A stretch of 64,000 nucleotides of DNA from Macrostomum hystrix (lineage: Eukaryota > Animalia > Platyhelminthes), in the NCBI GenBank assembly GCA_950097015.1, contig CATNEN010000012.1:2356001-2420000 (forward strand), in the 5' to 3' direction. Position numbers and translations under genes: made by a program. This document shows, one piece after another, positions 49,494 through 59,720 of the stretch. Under the pieces are notes generated by a model. That model ran no database searches and had not been told where the DNA came from. It worked only from the letters and a program-made list of their open reading frames with translations. Every line of letters begins with the position of its first letter. The stretch's first letter is position 1.

Positions 49494-50642
49494 TCAGTGT
49501 CGCTGCTGAGCATAGAGCTCCCAGGCGCAGATCAGGCCCTCCTTATCTCCGCTATAAAAACAGCCGGTCTCAGAATTGAATGCCAGCGCGCTAACACTGC
49601 TACTATGAGTAGACAGTACGGCGAGCGGCTTGCAGGCTCTGCCAGAATAGACTCGAATTCTCGTGTCCCAGGAGGCGGACAGCAGCAGGCGACCGTCTGG
49701 CCGGTAGGTCAGGCAGCCGACGCCCGGACTGGGGCCGCTGGTCCTGCCGCGCAGGCTCACCCGGATGCCGTCCACGCTTATCAAGGCGAAGTCGGGCGTG
49801 GCCGAGCCGGCCACTCCACGGCCCGCCGCGGGGCTGTAGTCTATGGCCATAACTGGCTCTTCAAATAGGCGAATGCGGCAAAGGCGCGCCGGCCAGCGAA
49901 TCAGTTCGCAGTGGCCGCTCTCGTAGCCGGCTAGGAAGAAGGGCAGACTGGTAGCGGACGAGGGAGCAGAAGGATCGATTGGGGCGGGTAAGGGGGCGGA
50001 AGAATTGGAGGAAGCGGCAGACGGGGCAGAAGGGTCGGAGCAGGCGGTAGTGCGGGCGGAAGGATCGGAGGATGTGGAAGTGGGGGCGGAGGAGGGGGCG
50101 GAAGGATCGGAGCTGGCGGTATTAGCCGCTACAACCAGAGCCAGGGCCATGCAGACGCCGAGTTCGGACTTGTCAAAAGCGTAGATTTCCGATTCTCCAA
50201 CAGCTGCAGCCGTTTGAAAAAATCGGCACCGCAAAGTCTCTCCGCCGCTGCCCGGATACAGGAGGAAAGCTGGAGTAGCTAGGGCGCGGCAGAAGGTCAA
50301 ATCGCAGGCGTCCGAAATGCGCACCTCCGACTCAGACAAGCAGCGAGCCGAATCCGCGTTCAAATCAACGTGCCACAACAAAATTAGGCCGTCACGTCCC
50401 TGGCTAGCTACTAGCAGTAGGCTAGGCAGAAAGTTTAGCGACAAAATTGCGGCCGAATGAGCACCCGAGCGAGTTTCCAGCGGCCTGCGGACGCGCAGAT
50501 CCCAGCAGACCAGCTGGCCGGACTGGTGGCCGGAGAGCAGCAGCTGGCGAGGGCAGCCGCGGTCGACGGCAAGGGAGGCCAGGGCGGTTACTGGCGAGCT
50601 CAGCGCCCGCAGGGTAAAAGCTGGCACGCAGGGATTCTCCGA
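49494..50642 (-). CDS. GNB1L: GNB1L / Asa1-family WD40 protein, single long exon with no in-frame ATG at its 5' end
   Basis: PAFTLR, LLSGHQSGQLVCWDL, SQGRDG, LAGYESG, RPDGRLLLSASWDTRIRVY and ICAWELY match recalled GNB1L motifs. Candidate acceptor CCCGCAG at 50649-50643, phase 0. The 28 further codons in the ORF track come largely from the satellite. Confidence 0.88.
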   Translation of the reverse strand, partial: SENPCVPAFTLRALSSPVTALASLAVDRGCPRQLLLSGHQSGQLVCWDLRVRRPLETRSGAHSAAILSLNFLPSLLLVASQGRDGLILLWHVDLNADSARCLSESEVRISDACDLTFCRALATPAFLLYPGSGGETLRCRFFQTAAAVGESEIYAFDKSELGVCMALALVVAANTASSDPSAPSSAPTSTSSDPSARTTACSDPSAPSAASSNSSAPLPAPIDPSAPSSATSLPFFLAGYESGHCELIRWPARLCRIRLFEEPVMAIDYSPAAGRGVAGSATPDFALISVDGIRVSLRGRTSGPSPGVGCLTYRPDGRLLLSASWDTRIRVYSGRACKPLAVLSTHSSSVSALAFNSETGCFYSGDKEGLICAWELYAQQRH

Positions 50643-50671
50643 CTGCGGGCATCCGGCAGATATGGCTGCTT

Positions 50672-52804
50672 TCTCCAACCACAAACCCTCTCTAATTAGT
50701 GAGTCTGCAACCACAACCCTCTCCAATTAGTGAGTCTGCAACCACAAACCCTCTCCAATTAGTGAGTCTGCAACCACAACCCTCTCTAATTAGTGAGTCT
50801 GCAACCACAACCCTCTCCAATTAGTGAGTCTGCAACCACAACCCTCTCTAATTAGTGAGTCTGCAACCACAACCTTCTCTAATTAGTGAGTCTGCAACCA
50901 AAACCCTCTCTAATTAGTGAGTCTGCAACCACAACCCTCTCTAATTAGTGAGTCTGCAACCACAACCTTCTCTAATTAGTGAGTCTGCAACCAAAACCCT
51001 CTCTAATTAGTGAGTCTGCAACCACAACCCTCTCTAATTAGTGAGTCTGCAACCACAACCCTCTCTAATTAGTGAGTCTGCAACCACAACCCTCTCTAAT
51101 TAGTGAGTCTGCAACCACAACCCTCTCCAATTAGTGAGTCTGCAACCACAACCCTCTCCAATTAGTGGGTCTGCAACCACAACCCTCTCCAATTAGTGAG
51201 TCTGCAACCACAACCCTCTCCAATTAGTGGGTCTGCAACCACAACCCTCTCCAATTAGTGAGTCTGCAACCACAAACCCTCTCCAATTAGTGAGTCTGCA
51301 ACCACAACCCTCTCTAATTAGTGAGTCTGCAACCACAACCCTCTCCAATTAGTGAATCTGCAACCACAACCCTCTCCAATTAGTGAGTCTGCAACCACAA
51401 CCCTCTCCAATTAGTGAGTCTGCAACCAAAACCCTCTCCAATTAGTGAGTCTGCAACCACAAACCCTCTCCAATTAGTGAGTCTGCAACCACAACCCTCT
51501 CCAATTAGTGAGTCTGCAACCACAACCCTCTCCAATTAGTGAGTCTGCAACCACAAACCCTCTCCAATTAGTGAGTCTGCAACCACAACCCTCTCCAATT
51601 AGTGAGTCTGCAACCACAACCCTCTCCAATTAGTGAGTCTGCAACCACAACCCTCTCCAATTAGTGAGTCTGCAACCACAAACCCTCTCCAATTAGTGAG
51701 TCTGCAACCACAACCCTCTCTAATTAGTGAGTCTGCAACCACAACCCTCTCTAATTAGTGAGTCTGCAACCACAACCCTCTCTAATTAGTGAGTCTGCAA
51801 CCACAACCCTCTCCAATTAGTGAGTCTGCAACCACAACCCTCTCTAATTAGTGAGTCTGCAACCACAACCCTCTCCAATTAGTGAGTCTGCAACCAAAAC
51901 CCTCTCCAATTAGTGAGTCTGCAACCACAACCCTCTCCAATTAGTGAGTCTGCAACCACAACCCTCTCTAATTAGTGAGTCTGCAACCACAACCCTCTCT
52001 AATTAGTGAGTCTGCAACCACAACCCTCTCTAATTAGTGAGTCTGCAACCACAACCCTCTCTAATTAGTGAGTCTGCAACCACAACCCTCTCTAATTAGT
52101 GAGTCTGCAACCACAACCCTCTCTAATTAGTGAGTCTGCAACCACAAACCCTCTCCAATTAGTGAGTCTGCAACCACAACCCCTCCAATTAATGAGTCTG
52201 CAACCACAACCCTCTCTAATTAGTGAGTCTGCAACCACAACCCTCTCTAATTAGTGAGTCTGCAACCACAACCCTCTCCAATTAGTGAGTCTGCAACCAC
52301 AACCCTCTCCAATTAGTGAGTCTGCAACCACAACCCTCTCCAATTAGTGAGTCTGCAACCACAACCCTCTCTAATTAGTGAGTCTGCAACCACAACCCTC
52401 TCCAATTAGTGAGTCTGCAACCAAAACCCTCTCCAATTAGTGAGTCTGCAACCACAACCCTCTCCAATTAGTGAGTCTGCAACCACAACCCTCTCTAATT
52501 AGTGAGTCTGCAACCACAACCCTCTCTAATTAGTGAGTCTGCAACCACAACCCTCTCTAATTAGTGAGTCTGCAACCACAACCCTCTCTAATTAGTGAGT
52601 CTGCAACCACAACCCTCTCTAATTAGTGAGTCTGCAACCACAACCCTCTCTAATTAGTGAGTCTGCAACCACAACCCTCTCTAATTAGTGAGTCTGCAAC
52701 CACAACCCTCTCTAATTAGTGAGTCTGCAACCACAACCCTCTCTAATTAGTGAGTCTGCAACCACAACCCTCTCTAATTAGTGAGTCTGCAACCACAACC
52801 CTCT
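50672..52804. repeat. Satellite, 31 bp unit ATTAGTGAGTCTGCAACCACAACCCTCTCTA (~2.1 kb), abutting the GNB1L 5' end
   Basis: Period 31. Confidence 0.97.
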
Positions 52805-53424
52805 ACGAGTATAATTAGTGGGTCTTTGTAACTAAATGTTTTAATATAAAATTTTATACCCACTTAAATTCTATCGTTTGTTCAATCCGAAAGAGCTAAT
52901 TCCATAGCTTAAGGTAATATTAAATAGTGTTAAACACAATAGCAAACCAGTAAAGAAACGAATGAAATACGAGTTATCAGCAACAGGATTATCAAAAGGT
53001 GTCAGTCAAATTGCCTTTATCAAATCGAACAGACTCAAATGCCTGAATCTTAGTTGTGTGTATTTCCAGACAACGGACATAGCTAAGCAGATAAGAAAGG
53101 CTTTAGGAAAACGAAGGTACACAAAGACAACATAGAAAATAACAGAGAACGGAATAGCTAATTTAAGGTAAGTGAATAACAGCTTAAGTTTTGAGCAATA
53201 AAAAATCAAGCCTGCTACAGTATTTTTTATTTAAACACGTAGAAAAATCCTATACACAAATACAAGCTATAACATAAAATATTTGCTTCATTAAAAGCAA
53301 GCGCTATCCACAAGCTGTGCTAAGCAAAGCATCGGGATGGTTCTGGATAGAATACAATTGTGAAACGAGTAGGATAACAGTAAACAATTAGCAAAAAAAT
53401 AACTAATAAGAAACGAAAGCGGCT

Positions 53425-54118
53425 GGTACCTCAGCTGGAGTTTGAAAATGAGGTGGTGGGTGCCTCAGCTGGAGTTTGAAAATGAGGTGGTGGGTGCCTC
53501 AGCTGGAGTTTGAAAATGAGGTGGTGGGTGCCTCAGCTGGAGTTTGAAAATGAGGTGGTGGGTGCCTCAGCTGGAGTTTGAAAATGAGGTGGTGGGTGCC
53601 TCAGCTGGAGTTTTAAAATGAGGTGGTGGGTGCCTCAGCTGGAGTTTGAAAATGAGGTGGCGGGTGCCCCAGCTGGAGTTTGAAAATGAGGTGGTGGGTA
53701 CCTCAGCTGGAAATTGAAAATGAGGTGGTGGGTGCCCCAGCTGGAGTGAAAATGAGGTGGTGGGTGCCCCAGCTGGGGTGAGAAAATGAGGTGGTGGGTG
53801 CCCCAGCTGGGGTGAGAAAATGAGGTGGTGGGTGCCCCAGCTGGAGTGAAAATGAGGTGGTGGGTGCCCCAGCTGGGGTGAGAAAATGAGGTGGTGGGTG
53901 CCCCAGCTGGGGTGAGAAAATGAGGTGGTGGGTGCCCCAGCTGGGGTGAGAAAATGAGGTGGTGGGTGCCCCAGCTGAGGTGAGAAAATGAGGTGGTGGG
54001 TGCCCCAGCTGGGGTGAGAAAAGGAGGTGGTGGGTGCCTCAGCTAGGGTGAGCAAATGAGGTTGATGGTGCCTCAGCTGGGGTGAGCAAATGAGGTTGAT
54101 GGTGCCTCAGCTGGGGTG
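53425..54118. repeat. Minisatellite, ~34 bp unit CCTCAGCTGGAGTTTGAAAATGAGGTGGTGGGTG, with a variant gradient along the array
   Basis: Period 34 at the left; the unit shifts to CCCCAGCTGGGGTGAGAAAATG... at the right. Confidence 0.93.
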
Positions 54119-54605
54119 CAAAATGGTTGAGTTCTATTTCAGGGTTAATAGAATGATGTGTTGGTCGAAGGTTGACTTAAAGTGGCGATTTGTCTATTAA
54201 ACTGTTTCTAGCAACTACAGTCTACCAACGTCTGTGTACCATAAGCGTAGATCAAGCAGTCGAAACTTAACTAATTAACTGCCAATATAAAAATACTGAC
54301 GAAAAGTTTGTGAAAACAAAACTGGAACGTTTGATTTGAGATTTGTTAATTTAAAAAATACATTACAACTGTACTCTGCCATGTAAGTGAGTAATAAATT
54401 AAGTAAAAATACTTATTACATAACGGTTTATAAATCGCCTACTAACAGAACAAAGGAAACGGAAGCCAATCACAAAAAATTATTTTGAAAATTACTTGCT
54501 TATCAAACAGTGAAAAATACAGCAAGCTAGTAAAGCAACACATAGGTGCAACTCGGCAATTGAATCTTCGACTGCCTGTTTCTGTATAATTTCACGGCTT
54601 GACAA

Positions 54606-55000
54606 TCAATGCACCCACCACCCAATTTCACTGCCCGACCAATGCACCCACCGCCCCATTTCACTGCCTGACCAATGCACCCACCACCCCATTTCCCTGC
54701 CTGACCAATGCACCACCGCCCCATTTCACTGCCTGACCACTGCACCCACCGCCCCATTTCACTGCCTGACCAATGCACCCACCACCCCATTTCACTGCCT
54801 GACCAATGCACCCACCGCCCCATTTCACTGCCTGACCAATGCACCCACAGCCCTATTTCACTCCCTGACCACTGCACCCACCGCCCCATTTCACTGCCTG
54901 ACCAATGCACACACCGCCCCATTTCACACCCTGACCACTGCACCCACCGCCCCATTTCACACCCTGACCACTGCACCCACCACCGCCTCATTTCACTCCC
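54606..55000. repeat. Minisatellite, 33 bp unit CCAATGCACCCACCGCCCCATTTCACTGCCTGA
   Basis: Period 33. Confidence 0.92.
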
Positions 55001-55499
55001 AGACCCCATCTACAATATGTCGTCTCATGGACCCAATCAAATTTCCTTAGATTACTTTAGTCGCGTCCTAATTTACTAAAAATTGCACACGAGCTGCTAT
55101 GCATTCAGTAATTTACGTTATTAACCAACAAAAAACAAAGGCAGCTTGAGAAAAAGAGGCAAGCAACGCATGTAAAAAGTAAATAAGAATGGGATAAATA
55201 TTAAATAATTACATGCACGAAAAAACCTGTCAGGAAAAGCAGCCATTCGAATAGCACATTTCAAATAGGCAGATGTTCAAGTTGACACCTAAAGCCCAGG
55301 CACAACATTTGGCAGCTTTTGTTTTATTAAAATCTATTAAGCCGGAAAAATACGCAATTAAAACGTGCTAACCAGACATGACTAAACAAAGACAAAGCAG
55401 GAAAAATTGATTTAATTGATATTGCTGAATCAATGGGATTCTTTATAGAAGTGCTAGAGAAATTTAGGGAGCGATTAAAATAAGCCGAGAGCTTCTGTG

Positions 55500-57887
55500 T
55501 CAGCGGCGCGACAGACGATAGGCGACGAAGCAGGCGCAGGCGGCGAGGGCGCACAGGCCAATTAGCAGCGGCACATCCAGCGTCTGGATAGCCATGTGGG
55601 TGACAGAGCGCTGCGATAGACGGATTAAGAATTAAGCTGTTATCTGCCATATTTTTTAGAACTTGAACGGATAGTTTCTTGCGTTAAGATTTTAGCGACA
55701 ATATTTTTTTCTACAATTCAATATTTAAAAGCAGACATTGCGGTGTATCTTTGTATAGCGCTGCTCATTCTCAAACAATGCTAGTTTAAGTATAATGTAA
55801 TGCCAATACACACAGACACACACACTATAGAAATTATAGAAATGAAAAAATAGAAAAATATCGAGAAATATAGAGGAAAGATCGATTAGGACTATGATAC
55901 TGATCGTGGGAAAAATCGATCGAGAACTATTGCAATTAATATAGGGAAATATCGATTGATTGCAACTGACGTAGAGAAATATCGATTGATTGCAACTGAC
56001 GTAAAGAAATATCGATTGATTGCAACTGACGTAAAGAAATATCGATTGATTGCAACTGATGTGGGGAAATATCGATTGATTGCAACTGATGTAAAGAAAT
56101 ATCGATTAATTGCAACTGACGTAAAGAAATATCGATTGATTGCAACTGATGTGGGGAAATATCGATTGATTGCAACTGACGTAAAGAAATATCGATTAAT
56201 TGCAACTGATGTAAAGAAATATCAATTAATTGCAACTGATGTGGGGAAATATCGATTGATTGCAACTGACGTAAAGAAATATCGATTGATTGCAACTAAC
56301 GTAAAGAAATATCGATTGATTGCAACTGATGTGGGGAAAAATCGATTGATTGCAACTGACGTAAAGAAATATCGATTAATTGCAACTGATGTGGGGAAAT
56401 ATCGATTGATTGCAACTGATGTAGGGAAATATCGATTGATTCCAACTGATGTAGGGAAATATCGATTGATTCCAACTGATGTAGGGAAATATCGATTGAT
56501 TCCAACTGATGTAGGGAAATATCGATTGATTCCAACTGATGTAGGGAAATATCGATTGATTCCAACTGATGTGGGGAAATATCGATGGATTGCAACTGAT
56601 GTAGGGAAATATCGATTGATTCCAACTGATGTAGGGAAATATCGATTGATTCCAACTGATGTGGGGAAATATCGATTGATTGCAACTGATGTAGGGAAAT
56701 ATCGATTGATTCCAACTGATGTAGGGAAATATCGATTGATTCCAACTGATGTAGGGAAATATCGATTGATTCCAACTGATGTAGGGAAATATCGATTGAT
56801 TCCAACTGATGTAGGGAAATATCGATTGATTCCAACTGATGTGGGGAAATATCGATTGATTGCAACTGATGTAGGGAAATATCGATTGATTCCAACTGAT
56901 GTAGGGAAATATCGATTGATTCCAACTGATGTAGGGAAATATCGATTGATTCCAACTGATGTAGGGAAATATCGATTGATTCCAACTGATGTAGGGAAAT
57001 ATCGATTGATTCCAACTGATGTAGGGAAATATCGATTGATTGCAACTAATCGAGGAAACAAATTGCTACTGATCGAATGACTCATGAGTAACTGAAATAG
57101 GTTGGGCATACGAGTAATCCGCTACTCCTTGCCTTCTATAATCGATACTCACCCAACCGCCGTGATCGGCGATCCACTTAGCGATGCGCTCTGCAACCAG
57201 GAACTGGCAGATCCATTTTACCACCTGGCGCACAAAGCCGGAAGCGCCGTGGCTAATTTTCTCCATGGCGATGCGGTAGCCAAAGCAGAACAAGGCCACA
57301 ATGCGGCCCCAGTTAATGGTGCCATCGTAGAACAAGCGTTGAGCAACGCGGCGGAAGGTTTCAAACGAGGTGGCGGTGTCCGTCAGCTGGCCGTCCAGTG
57401 CCTTCATCATCTCGTCGAATTCTGGCTGGTATCGTCGCTGAATGTCGTCGCCAATCTCGGCTAGCTGGCGACCGATGCGCGCCTCAACAGAGAGCGGATT
57501 TGGCGGCGGCTGGGCCAACTCCGGCGAGCTTGGCGTTCCCGGCCGCAGGTGGCCCTGCGGATTAAAATGAGATTCCAATTATTCTATAGATTCAAACTCT
57601 GGCCTAAGAAATTAATATTGTAGAATCACCTGCTCTCGGTCCCTAGAATAGCGCTCGAATACGAAGGCTTGAAAGACCACAGTGGCATCGCGCTCAACGT
57701 TCTCAACGGTATCGGGCGGACTCTCCGGCTCGCAGAAGACCCTGGGCGTCAGCGGATGATCGCCGCCGCCGACGGCGCCAGCAGGCGTCTCCTCTGTCTC
57801 GATTGAATCGTGCGCCGGAATATCGGGAATGTCCTCTGGATTATAACTGAAGCGATTGCCTTCTGGGCAGTCACCGCCGCTTGCCAT
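55500..57887 (-). CDS. BAK1: Pro-apoptotic multi-BH-domain Bcl-2 family effector, BAK-like, 256 aa (exons 57887-57630, 57554-57153, 55610-55500)
   Basis: BH3 IGRQLAEIGDDIQRRY (BAK-type GRQLxxIGDDI), BH1 FYDGTINWGRIVALFCFG, BH2 IAKWIADHGGW. A third exon absent from the ORF track encodes the tail anchor RSVTHMAIQTLDVPLLIGLCALAACACFVAYRLSRR-stop. All junctions are phase 0 GT-AG. BAK rather than BAX is a motif-based judgement. Confidence 0.9.
55940..57050. repeat. Minisatellite, 30 bp unit AAATATCGATTGATTCCAACTGATGTAGGG, in BAK intron 2
   Basis: Period 30; no indels visible. Confidence 0.96.
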
Positions 57888-58199
57888 GACTTGCTAGTTT
57901 ATAGTTTAAAGATCAAAGTTTTTTTAAATAAGTTTTTTACAGATGCTGTTTCACATGCTGAAAATAGACAATTGTTTCGTAAAAATGTTTTGCATATTCC
58001 ATATCTCGCATGACGCCTTGCAAATTAGGAACTTTTTAATGCAACTTGAATTATACTCTAGAGGGTAGAGTCGAAATTACTATGTGCATAAGTAAGGATG
58101 CAAAACTAGTCATGAAATAAGCCCCAATACATTAGCTAACGATATTGGTGAAACGAGCAAACTTGCATTTAGCCAAGAACCAGTTTTAATACTCCAAAT

Positions 58200-58810
58200 A
58201 TGGCTATATTCTTTAGTTGTCGGAAACTGAATAACTTTTTTTCTAACATATCAGCAATAATACTATGGGTGCCCCATTTGTTGACAGAAGAAATGAAAAA
58301 TGTAAGAACTATGTCCTGCAGGGAGAATCTTGAGCTGGTTCGTGATGCTGGTAAATGGCAACTGTATCTGTATGGTGACCGGCAATGAAACCAGGATACC
58401 GCACTTTAAAACTTAGGTCAAGCAGGAGAGCAAGGTGTGGGTGTTAATGGGTTCAGACCCACATGTGAAGCCGAAGCAAGAACAGCACAGTCAGCACTGC
58501 AAGAAAATCATGCTGACCTTTTCTAAGATTAGGAAGTTCCTCTGACCATCGACTTCATTGAGCCTAAAAACAAGGTTAACTCGGACCACTGAGACACTGA
58601 CTCGGCTGAAATCAGGCATCCGCAACAAGCGCAGGACTGCAATGAAGCCTCATCTCCTGTTGCATGACAATGCTCCACCTCACATGGCCAAGAATACACT
58701 TGATCGTATCAATGATCTCAATTTTTATGTTTGCATGACTACCCAATTTTCTCTCAGTTGAAGAAGCAGACCATATCTTCAACCATTGGACCAACTTGAA
58801 ATGAGAAGTC
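58200..58810 (+). mobile_element. Degenerate mariner (Tc1/mariner) transposase remnant
   Basis: WVPHLLT (cf. WVPHEL) and LLLHDNAPPH (cf. HDNARPH) lie in different frames, with stops and frameshifts between them. Confidence 0.8.
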
Positions 58811-59559
58811 AGGCAAGTCATACTTAGTACTAATTCTGATTCACTTCATTATTCACCATATGGATGTGATGCTTTTGTTATACTGCTTCTTAAGTTGGAA
58901 TTTTCAAAGCCAAGTTGCAGGGCATGATCTAATTGTCATTTGTCATGGTTTTGTCTTGCTCTTAGTTATAGCAGGATAATCTAATGTGAATTGTTCATCG
59001 GCTCTGTTCGGATGGTTATAATGTTTTGTGCACTGCTGTTCTGCAAAATTAATATTTTTTTCCTTGGCCTATGTACATAGATGCCAAGGTTGTGTCGGCC
59101 CTTACTGTACATTCTTTCTGCGTGCGCCAGCAACCCCATTTTTAATAGTTATATTAATAGATGCTTGATTTTTAATAAGGTTGCAAGTGTGTGTGTTTTT
59201 TGTCAAGGTGAGATCTGCTTCAATTAAAGATTGACTGCGCAAGATTGCAGTGTTTACTGCAGGCTTTACACAGGCCTGGCCTAGACAGAAAATACTGATA
59301 TTTTATTTCCTTCCAGTCTTCTTATTTCGACTGAAAAACTGGCTCCACTCACTCATTTATTACAAATTCATTTTATTACAAATGTAGAGTTTGATTGGCA
59401 TGGTCTTGACTTGGACTATATAGCAATTAAATACAATGATTAATAATATTATCATTTATCAACAAGAGGTTTTTTGGTATTTTTATTAATCCTAGTATCA
59501 TCATTCCATAGGCATTGACAATGATTACAAGACAGACTATATGGCTAATTTGACAACTG

Positions 59560-59720
59560 TGATGTAGTTGAAGAACTGACTGGCATCAGTATTCATAGTA
59601 TTGCTACTGCTATACTCGTACAATGTGAAAACTGTTTATTTAAAGTTGGCCAACAGTTTGCTTCCTATAAACTACTTCAGGAGGCAGTAAGCAAGTACAA
59701 ATTAGAGTACCCTGCTTAGT
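59560..59720 (+). mobile_element. Possible Mutator-like (MULE) N-terminal domain fragment
   Basis: FKVGQQFASYKLLQEAVSKY resembles the vGqxFxSxxxxxxAvxxY pattern of MuDR-type DNA-binding domains; a stop follows soon after. Short match only. Confidence 0.3.

Noticed and set aside
55956-57080. 374-aa ORF of YRLIPTDVGK repeats (and the antisense 295/249-aa ORFs)
   Set aside because: A 30-bp unit is a multiple of 3, so open frames are expected. It lies inside BAK intron 2, and unit variants change amino acids freely, unlike the AALADF repeats.
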